Notes: generated from the sequence alone by a model not told the origin. A DNA stretch of 64,000 nt from an uncultured Planctomycetota bacterium (GCA_963719315.1 CAVRBU010000004.1:640001-704000); one strand, 5' to 3'. Shown: positions 1 through 10,880, counted from the stretch's first letter. A program made the numbers and translations.

Positions 1-91
1 TCTCGATACCCGTCTGCTTCTGGCGTTTTTTTGCGAAGCAGTCCGGTGAGTGACCACAAGCGAAGCGGTTACGCAAAGCATAGGAGAATCA

Positions 92-1659
92 ATGCGCTCA
101 TTTTGCCTCGATCGTGACATTGCCTTGTCGCGGCTTCTGCTTACGTGGGGCATTGCCACTCTTGTTTGTACCGCGAATTACGCGGTGGCCCAGCGCCGCG
201 GCGATGGCGCCACCCCACCGCCTGCGGCACGCGAGTTTCGCGGCGCATGGGTCGCCACGGTCGAAAACATCGACTGGCCGTCGAGTTCCGGCTTGTCTGG
301 GGACGAGCAGCAACGCGAGATGATCGCGATCCTGGATAAGTGCGTCGAGTTGAACCTGAATGCGGTGATCTTTCAAATTCGTACACAGGCCGACGCCCTG
401 TACGCGTCCAAACTGGAACCCTGGTCGGAATTCATATCGGGGCGCATGGGCGAGCCGCCGAAGCCGTATTACGACCCGCTCGAGTTCGCGGTCGCCGAAG
501 CCCATCGCCGTGGCTTGCAGCTTCACGTGTGGTTCAATCCGTATCGCGTTCGCGTGCCGGGTGCGAAAGGCCCGGCATCGCCCGACCACGCAAGCGTCGC
601 CCACGCGAACATCGTGCGGGAATACGGAAAGTACTTGTGGTTCGACCCGGGTGAGCCGGCTGCCGAGGACTACTTCATCGCGGTGCTCAACGACGTCGTG
701 AAGCGTTACGACATCGACGGAGTACACATCGACGATTATTTCTATCCGTATCAAGTGAAAGACAAGGAGGGCAAAGTCGTGCCCTTCCCCGACGACGAAA
801 GCTACCAGCGGGCCCAATCGAAGGGTGAAACGCTCGAGCGCGATGACTGGCGAAGACAAAACGTTGATCACTTGATTCACCGTATGTACGAGGAGGTGAA
901 AAAAGCCAAGCCCTGGGTACTTGTGGGCATCAGTCCGTTTGGCATCTGGCGGCCCGGCAACCCGCCCGGAATCGTCGGCTTCGATCAATACAGCACGCTC
1001 TATGCCGATGCTCGCAAATGGGAGCAACAGGGCTGGCTCGACTACCTCACGCCGCAACTCTATTGGCAAGTCGAAAGCAAGGGGCAGAGCTACCCGAAAT
1101 TGCTCGGTTGGTGGTCGGAGCAAAACGTGAAGAAGCGCCACCTCTGGCCGGGCAACTTCACGTCGAAAATTCAACGGAAGCCGAAAGATACAGACAAGGA
1201 ATCGACTTGGACGGCCGACGAGTTGATTCGTCAGATCGAGGCCACGCGGGCCACGCCCGGCGCGACGGGAAACGTCCACTTCAGCATGAAGGCATTCTTG
1301 CAAGATCGTGATGGCATCAACGAGAAACTCAAGAACGGCCTGTACGCCGAGCCTGCACTCGTGCCGGAATCTCCCTGGTTGGGCAAAGAGACACCGGCAA
1401 AGCCGGACGTTTCCGCCCGACTCGCCGATGGCGGCGTCGCCGTCAAGATGAACGTGCCGCGCGGCACGCGCCATGGCAGTGGTTGGTCCGCACGCAAACG
1501 GCCGACGGCTGGAAGACGGCAATCGTGCCTGGCAGGGAACACGGCCACGTGCTAAATCTGGCGGATGGGGCCGAGCCAAAAGCCGTGTTCGTCTCGGCCA
1601 TTTCCCGGCTGGGCCGCGAAGGCAAACCGGCTCGCGCGGAGATCAGCAAGCGCGATTAA
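92..1659 (+). CDS. Glycosyl hydrolase-like family 10 (DUF187, YddW/DigH-like) secreted protein; frameshift near 1470
   Basis: Motifs REFRGAWVATV-NIDWP, LHVWFNPYR, YDIDGVHIDDYFYPY, GISPFGIW, PQLYW. AGGAG at 82-86 precedes ATG 92; signal-peptide-like N-terminus. C-terminus continues in another frame (PWQWLVRTQ...VFVSAISRLGREG...KRD*) to TAA 1657-1659. Confidence 0.85.
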
Positions 1660-1663
1660 GCAC

Positions 1664-3553
1664 ATGGCGGCCGATCCCAACTCGAACAGCGATTCGAACA
1701 TTCTAGAGTCTCGCGGTCCCTGGTGGTGGGTTCCCAGCCTGTACTTCGCACAGGGCGTGCCGTATGTCGTTGTGATGACGGTTGCCGTCATCATGTTCAA
1801 GAGGCTCGGCGTGGCCAACCCACAAATCGCGCTGTACACCAGTTGGCTGTATTTGCCGTATGCGATCAAGCCGCTGTGGAGCCCGCTTGTGCAGCGGATC
1901 GGCACGCGCCGCGGCTGGGTTGTGGTAATGCAGTTGTTGGTGGCTGTCGGACTCGCGTGCGCCGCATGTGCGATTCCGCTCGATAGCTTTTTGCGCTGGA
2001 GCCTGGTGGCTTTGGCATCCGTGGCCATTTGTTCGGCCACGCACGACGTAGCGGCCGACGGATTCTATCTGCTTGCCTTGACCAGCCATCAACAGGCGTG
2101 GTTCGTCGGCATCCGTAGCACCGCCTATCGCATGGCGATGATTGCCGGACAAGGGCTGCTGGTCATGTTGGCGGGAGCGCTCGAAGCCTCAACGGGACTG
2201 CCAGTGATCGAGATCCAAGTCCGTGCCGTCGACCACGCTCCTCCGCAGGCCTCCTTCACACCAGATGAGTTTACACTCGACGATCATCAAGATGCGCACG
2301 GCATCTTGCCGAGCGCGCAGGTTTTCGAAGTCGGCCTCACTGGAAAACAAGCGTCAGAAGTGAAATCGCTAAAGGACGCCGTGCGGCAATGGAACGTCGA
2401 TCACGGCTTCTATCCGGCTCCCCCAGCTCCGCCAAAACAGGAAAAGACGAGTTGGCTGCCTCAGTTGGAAGACTTCATTCGTCGCCGATTCGGGCCGCCG
2501 AAGGATGCGGTCGTCCAAGCCAGCGATCGATCCGGCGACGTCGCCGTCGTGATGATGCGGCTAGCACAACCGGTTGGCGCGGGTGAGCAACAGGTCGTGC
2601 AATTCGGTCGAGAGGGCGGCGACAGCAATTTTGACGTCGTCGAAGGCGACCGTTTCGTATTGACCGAAGCAAACTGGAAAGCTCCCTTCGCGGCAGTGGT
2701 CCAGGTCGATGCCAAGCTCGGTCGACCCTCGCAGGCGACGTTCCAGATTCGTTCGGGCAATTTACGGCTAGCGTGGTCGGCGACGTTCTTTGTCGTCGCT
2801 GCCGCATTTCTAGCCTTTTGCATTTACCATTACTTTGCGTTGCCTCGCCCCGCAGCCGATGTTGCTTCACTCGCCATCGCAGAGTCTTCGGGAATCGAAC
2901 TTACTGGCTTTCTGGTTCCATTCGTTGAGTTCTTCCGCAAGCAGCGCATCGTTGCAATTTTGGCGTTCTTATTGCTCTATCGATTCCCCGAGGCCCAACT
3001 CGTAAAACTAGCGACGCCGTTCCTGCTCGATTCACGTGAAGCGGGCGGACTCGCGTTAACCACGTCTGAAGTCGGCATCGTGTACGGCACCGTCGGCGTG
3101 GCGATGCTGACGATCGGCGGCGTGCTTGGCGGATTTCTTGCCGCGGCCGGTGGCCTGGGACGCTGTCTCTGGCCCATGGCGCTTGCGATTCACTTGCCCA
3201 ACCTGGCGTTTTTGTTCTTGGCCTATGCGCAGCCGGAAAGCCGCGTGTTGATTACCGCGGCCGTCGCTATCGAGCAGTTCGGGTATGGTTTCGGCTTTAC
3301 GGCGTACATGTTGTATTGCGTGTACGTGGCCACCGGCAAACACCAAACTGTGCACTACGCGCTGTGCACGGGTTGCATGGCGCTCGGCATGATGATCCCC
3401 GGCATGTGGAGTGGGTGGCTGCAGAATCTCATTGGCTACCGACACTTTTTCGTGTGGATCATGCTGGCGATGATTCCTAGCTTGTTGACCGTGGCCTTCA
3501 TACCGATTGACCCGAACTTCGGTAGAAAAACTAGCACGGAACCGACCGGGTAA
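1664..3553 (+). CDS. ampG: AmpG-like MFS muropeptide permease with ~190-aa inserted soluble domain
   Basis: WVPSLYFAQGVPY, IKPLWSP, SATHDVAADGFY, EQFGYGFG, HYALCTG; hydrophobic helices in two halves; adjacent to nagZ. ATG 1664 follows the upstream stop by 4 nt. Confidence 0.82.
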   Translation: MAADPNSNSDSNILESRGPWWWVPSLYFAQGVPYVVVMTVAVIMFKRLGVANPQIALYTSWLYLPYAIKPLWSPLVQRIGTRRGWVVVMQLLVAVGLACAACAIPLDSFLRWSLVALASVAICSATHDVAADGFYLLALTSHQQAWFVGIRSTAYRMAMIAGQGLLVMLAGALEASTGLPVIEIQVRAVDHAPPQASFTPDEFTLDDHQDAHGILPSAQVFEVGLTGKQASEVKSLKDAVRQWNVDHGFYPAPPAPPKQEKTSWLPQLEDFIRRRFGPPKDAVVQASDRSGDVAVVMMRLAQPVGAGEQQVVQFGREGGDSNFDVVEGDRFVLTEANWKAPFAAVVQVDAKLGRPSQATFQIRSGNLRLAWSATFFVVAAAFLAFCIYHYFALPRPAADVASLAIAESSGIELTGFLVPFVEFFRKQRIVAILAFLLLYRFPEAQLVKLATPFLLDSREAGGLALTTSEVGIVYGTVGVAMLTIGGVLGGFLAAAGGLGRCLWPMALAIHLPNLAFLFLAYAQPESRVLITAAVAIEQFGYGFGFTAYMLYCVYVATGKHQTVHYALCTGCMALGMMIPGMWSGWLQNLIGYRHFFVWIMLAMIPSLLTVAFIPIDPNFGRKTSTEPTG

Positions 3554-3559
3554 ACGACT

Positions 3560-5120
3560 ATGTGCGCGGTTTCCGCCAAATTTAGCTCGCCGGCACAAAT
3601 GTCGCTGCGCGAAAAGATCGCGCAGCTCATCTTCGTGCGACTCGGATCGAATCTGCCGCCGATTCGCACCGCCGAACAGGACGAAGAGCGGATCGCGCGG
3701 CTGCTGGATGAGTGCTCTGTTGGCGGTCTGCTCTTGTTCAATGGCGGGCCGAAAACCAAGCAGACACTAGAGCGGCTGCAACAGCGATCGGCGGTGCCGC
3801 TCTTGGTCGCTGCAGACATCGAGCGCGGCGTCGGGCAGCAGGTCCAGGGCTATACGCTATTTCCGCACGCCATGGCGTTCGGCACGATGAACGAATCGGA
3901 CGGCGATTCAGCCATTCACCGATTTGCCGAGATTCTCGTTCATGAAGCGCGCGAAGTGGGAATTCACATTACTTTCGGACCAGTCGCAGACGTCAGCACC
4001 AATCCGCGGAACCCGATTATTGTCACGCGCGCATTCAGCGACGATGCCGAGCGAGTCTCGCAATTGGTCGCACAGTTTGTCGAAATGGTTCAGTCTCGCG
4101 GTGTTCACGCCACGGCAAAACATTTTCCCGGTCACGGCGACACGGAAAAAGACTCCCACGACTCGCTGCCAAGCGTCGCACGCACTTATGAACAACTCAC
4201 TTCCTGCGAGCTAATGCCCTTCCGAGCGGCGATCGATGTCGGCTGCCGGTTGATCATGACGGCCCACGTCGCGTATCCGACGCTCGATCCAAGCGGCACA
4301 CCGGCCACGCTTTCTCCCATCATCGTGAAGAGGTTGCTGCGCGAAGAGATGAGTTTTCAGGGCGTGGTCTGCTCAGACAGTTTGCTGATGGCCGGTGTTC
4401 GCGATCGATTTGATTCGGAGGGCGAAGTCGCCCATGCGGCTATCGCGGCCGGCGTCGATCTTTTGCTCGACGTCGAAGATCCGAAATCGGTGGTGGATTA
4501 TCTTTGCGATTGCGTAGCCGATGGAAAACTCACCTTGCATCGTATCGATGAATCGCTCGAGCGCGTGTGGAAGTTGAAGACATCGCGCTACGACATCCCC
4601 TGGGAAGAATTTACGCGCACCAGTGTCGAATTTGTTGCGCAAGGCGATTCGATTGATAGGTGGCCCCAATCGCCCTGCCCTGCCCTTCGACCCCGACAAA
4701 TCGCTCGGCGCCATTTTGTTGAGACCGTTCGAGACGCCAAGCGACCCGCCCGAGCAGCCGTTGGCGGCAGCGCTACGCGAAAGATTTCGAGGTGTGAAAT
4801 ATGTGCAACTCGGGCCGCAAGCGAATGCCGCTGATTACAAAGCGGCCGAGGATTTGGTCCGCGGTTCACAACAATTGATCTTGGCGATCGTTGTGCGGCC
4901 AGCCGCGTGGCATGCGTTCGGTTTGCTGCCCGAACAAACGAATTTCGCTCACCGGCTGCTTCGCGAGCACGGCAACGTGATCGTCGCGTCGCTCGGGGTG
5001 CCCTCCGTTTTACAGGATTACCCGGAAGCTGCGGTCTGGATTTGCACCTATAGCGACGCGCCCGTTTCGCAGCGGGCGTTGGTCGACTTCCTCCTTTCAG
5101 ACGGAATGCCTGACGAATAG
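3560..5120 (+). CDS. nagZ: GH3 beta-N-acetylglucosaminidase (NagZ-like) with C-terminal domain; frameshift near 4640
   Basis: KHFPGHGDTEKDSH NagZ signature, ADIERG, IMTAHV, CSDSLLM; ORFs 3560-4834 and 4623-5120 join into one two-domain GH3. Confidence 0.85.
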
Positions 5121-5213
5121 ACTGCACCTCGAAAGGTTGAACATTTGATGCGCGGACCGTTAGAATGGGGCAGTCAAAGCATACTTCAGACAGACAGGGA
5201 ATTCGGAGCTTCA

Positions 5214-6275
5214 ATGGCCGATCGCCGCATAGTCATTCTTACTGATGGCCGCACCACGCCGACCGGCGCGAAGACCGCGTCGTGCGTGATGCGCTACAAG
5301 CCGAATGAAGTCGTTGCCCTGCTCGACACAACACAACCCGGCCGCACGGCGGGCGAGTTGCTCGGTGTTGGCGGCTCGATCCCGGTCGTCGCCAAACTGG
5401 CCGATGCGCCCGGCGCCAATACGCTGCTCATCGGCATCGCGCCCAGCGGCGGGAAACTGCCCCCTGCTTGGCGAAGAATTCTGCTGGAAGCGATCGATCG
5501 CGGCATGAACCTCGTCTCTGGCCTGCACGATTTTCTGTCGAACGATCCAGAGATCGCCGCGGCCGCCGCGAAAAAAGGCGTCCAGATTCAAGACGTTCGC
5601 AAAAACAACGAACGCGATGTCTCAAATCGCACCAACCTCCGCGAAGACTGCCTGCGAATTCATACCGTCGGTCAGGATTGCTCGGTCGGCAAGATGCTCA
5701 CTTCCGTCGAACTGACGCACGGCCTCAAGAAGCGCGGCTATGACGCGAAGTTCATCGCCACGGGCCAGACCGGCATCATGATCGAGGGCGACGGTTGCCC
5801 GGTCGACTGCGTGGTGAGCGACTTCGTGAATGGAGCGGTCGAGAAACTAATCCTCGCCAACCAGCATCACGAAATCCTTCTGATCGAAGGTCAGGGCGCG
5901 TTATCGCATCCCCGGTATTCGGCCGTCACGCTGGGCCTCCTCCACGGCTGCGTGCCGCACGGAATGATCATGGTTTACGAAGCGGGCCGCAAAAACGTGA
6001 GCGGCATGGAATACATCCCGCTCACGCCACTTAAGAAGCTCGTTGAAGTGAATGAGATGATGGCCTCGCTGGCGTTCCCCTCGAAGGTAATCGGCGTGGC
6101 AATGAACAGCCGGCTGTTATCACCAGAGGAAACCGAGGCCGAACGTGACCGCGTCCGGCGCGAGCTTGGCGTGCCGGTGTGCGATGTAATTCGCCACGGG
6201 CCGGGCGATCTGCTCGACGCTATCTTGGCCTATCGACAAAAGTTGTTTCCACATTTAACGGCCAAGGCCGGATAG
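5214..6275 (+). CDS. DUF1611 family protein (DgcN-like, P-loop C-terminal domain)
   Basis: AKTA, GIAPSGG, SGLHDFL, GQDCSVGKM, ATGQTG, IEGQGAL-HP; located directly before a dipeptide-epimerase-family gene, the usual context. Confidence 0.85.
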   Translation: MADRRIVILTDGRTTPTGAKTASCVMRYKPNEVVALLDTTQPGRTAGELLGVGGSIPVVAKLADAPGANTLLIGIAPSGGKLPPAWRRILLEAIDRGMNLVSGLHDFLSNDPEIAAAAAKKGVQIQDVRKNNERDVSNRTNLREDCLRIHTVGQDCSVGKMLTSVELTHGLKKRGYDAKFIATGQTGIMIEGDGCPVDCVVSDFVNGAVEKLILANQHHEILLIEGQGALSHPRYSAVTLGLLHGCVPHGMIMVYEAGRKNVSGMEYIPLTPLKKLVEVNEMMASLAFPSKVIGVAMNSRLLSPEETEAERDRVRRELGVPVCDVIRHGPGDLLDAILAYRQKLFPHLTAKAG

Positions 6276-6357
6276 TTGGCCAGCCGCACCGCAGCGGATT
6301 GAAGTGCCGCTACTTAGCTCGACTACAATTGCCGTTCGGCTCGCGGCGTCAATAAAG

Positions 6358-7392
6358 ATGAAGCTCGCTTACAAGAAATTCGACCTGCCGCTCAAACACG
6401 TGTTCACGATTTCCCGTGGCTCGACGACGGTGCAAGACACGCTCATCGTTCAACTCGAGTCCGACGGCAATTTCGGCTACGGCGAATCAACGACCAATTC
6501 GTTCTACGGTGCGACGTTCGCCAACATGACGTCGACGATTGAATCCGTGCGAGCGCTCGTCGAAGGCGCGTCGCTCGACGACCCGCTCGCACTCATCGCC
6601 AAACTGACCAAGAACGTACCCGCTGAAAAATACGCCAACTTCGCCCTCAACGCCCTCGACTTGGCGATCCACGACCTGTGGGGCAAACTCCGCGGGGCGC
6701 CGGTATACAAACTATGGGGACTATCGACCGACAGAATTCCGGCCTCCGATTACACTCTCGGCATCGATACGCCGGAGAAGATGGTTGCCAAGCTCAAAGA
6801 AATGCCGGGCTGGCCCGTTTACAAGATCAAACTGGGCACGGCCGACGACCTGTCGATCGTTCGCGAGTTGCGGAGACACACCGACGCGCTGTTTCGCGTC
6901 GACGCCAACTGTGGCTGGACCGCCGAGCAAACGATCGAATTTGCGCCGGAGCTTAAGGAGCTGGGCGTGGAGTTCATCGAGCAGCCGCTGCCACCGGAAG
7001 ACGTCGAAGGCGCCCGGCGAGCGTTCGCTAAATCCGCATTGCCGCTGATTGCCGACGAGAGCTGTATCACGGAAAGCGATGTCGAGCGCTGCGCGGGCGC
7101 TTTCCACGGCATCAACATCAAACTGGTGAAGTGCGGCGGCCTGGCGACCGCCCGGCGGATGATCACCCGCGCCCGCGAGTTGGATCTAAAGGTTATGGTT
7201 GGTTGCATGACGGAATCGACCGTCGGCATTTCGGCGATTGCCCAACTGTTGCCGTTGTTGGATTACGTAGATATGGACGGCGCCGTGCTCCTGGCGAAAG
7301 ACATCGCCACCGGCGTCCGTCTCGACCGCGGCAAATGCATCTATCCGAACGTCAATGGCACCGGCGCGCAATTGATCGGCGGGCCGATTTGA
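6358..7392 (+). CDS. Enolase-superfamily L-Ala-D/L-Glu dipeptide epimerase (or DgcA-like N-acetyl-Glu racemase)
   Basis: FTISRG, KIKLG, RVDAN, IEQP, ADES, NIKLVKCGG, GCM, DMDG motifs. Confidence 0.88.
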   Translation: MKLAYKKFDLPLKHVFTISRGSTTVQDTLIVQLESDGNFGYGESTTNSFYGATFANMTSTIESVRALVEGASLDDPLALIAKLTKNVPAEKYANFALNALDLAIHDLWGKLRGAPVYKLWGLSTDRIPASDYTLGIDTPEKMVAKLKEMPGWPVYKIKLGTADDLSIVRELRRHTDALFRVDANCGWTAEQTIEFAPELKELGVEFIEQPLPPEDVEGARRAFAKSALPLIADESCITESDVERCAGAFHGINIKLVKCGGLATARRMITRARELDLKVMVGCMTESTVGISAIAQLLPLLDYVDMDGAVLLAKDIATGVRLDRGKCIYPNVNGTGAQLIGGPI

Positions 7393-7441
7393 GCCCTCAA
7401 GAATACGAAGCAATGCCTAACCCGAAAGTTCTCGTAGCATC

Positions 7442-9559
7442 GTGAGTTCCAATATGATTCGAAGCATTTCTGTTCCATCTGAGCTGAAGTACCGAGCCGC
7501 CATCGCGGTAGTGATCGTAATTGTAACAGCATTGGCCTACGGTTCGCTGGCCGCTGAATCGGGCGAGCCGAGCAAGGCGCTTGAAAAGGCGCTGCTGCCT
7601 ACGATCGAGTCCCATCGCGGCGAAGTCGGCCTGGCCGTCAAGAATCTAAAGACGGGCGAATCCTACGAGTTCAAAGCCGACCGGCCAATGCCGACGGCGA
7701 GCCTCATCAAATTGCCCGTCATGATCGCCACATACGACGCAGTCGACAAAGGCAAGTTGTCGCTCGACGACATGATCGAGCTCAAGAAAGAGGACCAAAT
7801 GCCCGGCTCGGGCATTTTGACGGCGCATTTCTCACCCGGCACCAAGATTTCCCTGCGCGATGCCATTCATTTGATGATCGTGTTCTCCGACAACACGGCC
7901 ACCAATCTCGTGCTCGATAAGCTCGGGCTGCCCACCACGAACGAATACATGCAGAAGCTCGGCTGCCCAGAAACGCGGATTAATTCCAAAGTATTTCGTG
8001 GCGATACGTCGATCGCCAAAGACCGCAGCAAAGCGTATGGGCTGGGCAGCACGACCGCCCGCGACATGGTGAAGCTGTGCGAACTGCTTTACGACAAGAA
8101 AATGGTCAGCGAACAGGCCTCGAAGCAAATGCTCGATCACATGTTCGCCTGCGACGACAAGCTCAAAGTGCCGCGGCTGCTGCCCACCGGCACCCGAGTC
8201 GCTCATAAGACGGGCTCGGTAAATTCGTCTCGCACAGATGCCGGGATTATCGAATCGCCTGCCGGGCCGATCGCGTACTGCATCCTCACGAACAAGAACA
8301 AAGATCAAAGCTGGACCGACGACAACGAGGGAGACCTGTTCTGCGCCAAAATCGGCACTGCCGTCTATAAGTACTTCAATCCGAAGCTGGATTCGGTCGC
8401 GCCGACCGTCGCCGGCAAGATGGAAATGGGCGCCAGTGGCGAGATGGTCACGGCCCTGCAACGTACTCTGAACGCAAGAATGGCGTCGTCGCCCGGCATC
8501 GGCACCGACGGAGACTTCGGCCCCGAGACCGAAGGCGCCGTGAAGGAATTCCAAAAACTCAAGAACTTGGAACCGACTGGCGTCGTTGACGCCAAAACCT
8601 GGAAAGCGCTTGGCCCACTTCTGATGGAAGATGTGGATGCGACGGAGGAGCCGGCCATCTTGAATGCGGCGGATCTCAAGAAGGCTCCGCCCGATTCGCT
8701 CGAGGGCCCTCCGTTCGTCACCTGCAAGGGATGGGCGATCATCGACGGGAAATCCGGCGAGTTTCTGGCCGGCGATCACGAAGATCAAAAACTGGAACCC
8801 GCAAGCACGACCAAGATCATGACCGCGTATTTGGTGGCGCTGCTCGCTCAACAGGATCCTAAAGTGCTCGACGAGGTCGTTATCTTCTCCGAACGGGCGG
8901 ATAAGACGCCCGGCTCGTCGTCTGAGATCAAAGCTGGGGAAGAGCTGCCCGTCCGCGAACTGATGTACGGAATGCTGCTCCCTTCCGGCAACGATGCGAC
9001 CGTCGCCTTCGCCGAGCACTTCGGCGATCGGCTCGCCGACGATCAAGATAAAGAAGCGCATCGCAACGCCTACGATAGTTTCGTCTCGGCAATGAATCGC
9101 AAGGCTGCTGAGTTGGGAATGAATTCGACGCATTTCAACAACACACACGGCCTCCATAGCGATGGCCACGTAACGACCGCTCGCGATCTGGCGAAACTTG
9201 CATACGCCGCGTTTCAGATACCGATCTTTCGCGAGGTCGTGAAAACTCCGCAACACGGCTATACTTTGGACGCGGTGTCCGGATACCAGCGCAACATCGA
9301 GTGGCACAACACGAACCACTTGTTGCGAACCGAAGGGTACGACGGCATAAAAACCGGCACTACGGGCGCAGCCGGCGCCTGTCTCGTATCCACCGGGGAA
9401 CGCAATGGTCGGCGGATCATCATGGTCGTGCTCGGCGCGACTTCAGGCGATGCTCGGTACACGGATTCGCGCAATTTGTACCGTTGGGCATGGAAGGATC
9501 TGTTGAAGATGCAAGGCAACGGCGCTAAAGCCGCCGTCAACACCTCGAAAGCAAACTGA
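7442..9559 (+). CDS. Secreted fusion: class A beta-lactamase-like serine hydrolase + peptidoglycan-binding domain + S11 D-Ala-D-Ala carboxypeptidase
   Basis: Domain 1 ASLIK/SDN/HKTG; middle DGDFGPETEGAVKEFQ...TGVVDAKTWKAL (PG_binding_1-like); domain 2 PASTTK/SGNDA/GIKTG; N-terminal hydrophobic signal. Confidence 0.88.
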   Translation: MSSNMIRSISVPSELKYRAAIAVVIVIVTALAYGSLAAESGEPSKALEKALLPTIESHRGEVGLAVKNLKTGESYEFKADRPMPTASLIKLPVMIATYDAVDKGKLSLDDMIELKKEDQMPGSGILTAHFSPGTKISLRDAIHLMIVFSDNTATNLVLDKLGLPTTNEYMQKLGCPETRINSKVFRGDTSIAKDRSKAYGLGSTTARDMVKLCELLYDKKMVSEQASKQMLDHMFACDDKLKVPRLLPTGTRVAHKTGSVNSSRTDAGIIESPAGPIAYCILTNKNKDQSWTDDNEGDLFCAKIGTAVYKYFNPKLDSVAPTVAGKMEMGASGEMVTALQRTLNARMASSPGIGTDGDFGPETEGAVKEFQKLKNLEPTGVVDAKTWKALGPLLMEDVDATEEPAILNAADLKKAPPDSLEGPPFVTCKGWAIIDGKSGEFLAGDHEDQKLEPASTTKIMTAYLVALLAQQDPKVLDEVVIFSERADKTPGSSSEIKAGEELPVRELMYGMLLPSGNDATVAFAEHFGDRLADDQDKEAHRNAYDSFVSAMNRKAAELGMNSTHFNNTHGLHSDGHVTTARDLAKLAYAAFQIPIFREVVKTPQHGYTLDAVSGYQRNIEWHNTNHLLRTEGYDGIKTGTTGAAGACLVSTGERNGRRIIMVVLGATSGDARYTDSRNLYRWAWKDLLKMQGNGAKAAVNTSKAN

Positions 9560-10845
9560 TGAACATTCGATTGAAGCTCGGCACGCTTGCGGCCGCCGTA
9601 GCACCTGGCGTTCTACTCGTCGCGTTCAGCCGGCCAGCAACGGGCGCCGATGCCGCGACTCCGACCGACCGCAAACCCATCGTGCTTACCGATCGGGCGC
9701 GCGAACTGCACGCGCATTCGCTGCTGATCGATGGGCACAACGACATGCCCTGGGAAATTCGCAAGCAGGGGTCGTCCAGCTTCGAAAAAATGGACATCTC
9801 GCAGCCGCAGCCCACGCTGCAAACCGATATTCCGCGACTTCGCCAAGGCGGCGTCGGCGCGCAATTCTGGTCCGTCTGGGTGCCCGTGGAGTTGGGCTAC
9901 AAGGGCGAAGCGCTCGCCACCACGCTCGAACAAATCGAGCTTGTAAAACACATGATGTCTCGCTATCCGGAAACATTTGAGCTGGCCCTCACGGCCGACG
10001 ACATCGAGCGGATCCACGGCAAAGGCAAGATTGCCTCGCTGATCGGCGTCGAAGGCGGCCACTGCATCGAAGAATCGCTGCCCGTGCTGGAGAAATTGTA
10101 CAATCTCGGCGCGCGGTACATGACGCTCACGCACACCGATTCGCTGAGCTGGGCCGACTCCAGCACCGACGCCGCCCGCAACAACGGGCTTACGCCCTTC
10201 GGCAAACAAGTTGTTCGCAGAATGAACGAGCTCGGCATGATGGTCGATCTCTCGCACGTTTCCGCCAAAACAATGAACGACACATTAGACGTCGTCGACG
10301 CACCGGTCATTTTCTCGCACTCCTCCGCGTTCGCCGTTTGCGAGCACCCCCGCAACGTGCCGGACGATGTGTTGAAGCGGCTGAAAGAGAAAGACGGCGT
10401 CGTGATGGTCAACTTTTTCTCGGGCTACGTCGTACCTTCGGCGGCCAGAATTTCCATGGAAAGCATGGATGTCGAGCGCGAACTCAAAAAGAAGTACGAC
10501 GACAAAGATCGCGTGGATGCGGAAATGAAACGCTGGAAGGCCAAACACAAATACCCACGCGGCACGATCCACGACCTGCTCGACCACATCGACCATATCG
10601 CCACAGTTGCCGGTACTGAGCACATCGGCATCGGCTCCGATTTCGATGGCGTGAACCTTCTCCCCGCGCAACTCGACGACGTCAGTTGCTACCCTTACAT
10701 CACGCAAGGTCTCATCGATCGGGGCTACACCGACGAGCAGATCCAAGGCATTCTGGGTGGCAATTTGTTGCGCGTCATGCGCGGCGTCGAAGCTTGCGCG
10801 GCGAAGCACCGGAACGAAGCTCCTTCGACGAACGGGCCCAAGTAA
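9559..10845 (+). CDS. M19 membrane/renal-type dipeptidase, secreted
   Basis: IDGHND, GAQFWSV, GVEGGH, YMTLTH, DLSHVS, IFSHSS, HPRNVPD, GIGSDFDG; start overlaps the upstream stop (TGATG). Confidence 0.92.
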   Translation: MNIRLKLGTLAAAVAPGVLLVAFSRPATGADAATPTDRKPIVLTDRARELHAHSLLIDGHNDMPWEIRKQGSSSFEKMDISQPQPTLQTDIPRLRQGGVGAQFWSVWVPVELGYKGEALATTLEQIELVKHMMSRYPETFELALTADDIERIHGKGKIASLIGVEGGHCIEESLPVLEKLYNLGARYMTLTHTDSLSWADSSTDAARNNGLTPFGKQVVRRMNELGMMVDLSHVSAKTMNDTLDVVDAPVIFSHSSAFAVCEHPRNVPDDVLKRLKEKDGVVMVNFFSGYVVPSAARISMESMDVERELKKKYDDKDRVDAEMKRWKAKHKYPRGTIHDLLDHIDHIATVAGTEHIGIGSDFDGVNLLPAQLDDVSCYPYITQGLIDRGYTDEQIQGILGGNLLRVMRGVEACAAKHRNEAPSTNGPK

Positions 10846-10880
10846 GCGACTGCAAGTCGAGAGATCCATTAGATTGAAAG

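Noticed and set aside
98..1579. Long antisense ORFs (also 7832-9319, 26293-27546, 49107-50075, 62713-63984)
   Set aside because: They shadow well-supported genes on the opposite strand, lack motifs, and are expected in GC-rich coding DNA.
7442..8400. Class A beta-lactamase as an antibiotic-resistance gene
   Set aside because: Glu166 equivalent appears absent, and it is fused to PG-binding and carboxypeptidase domains within a PG cluster.
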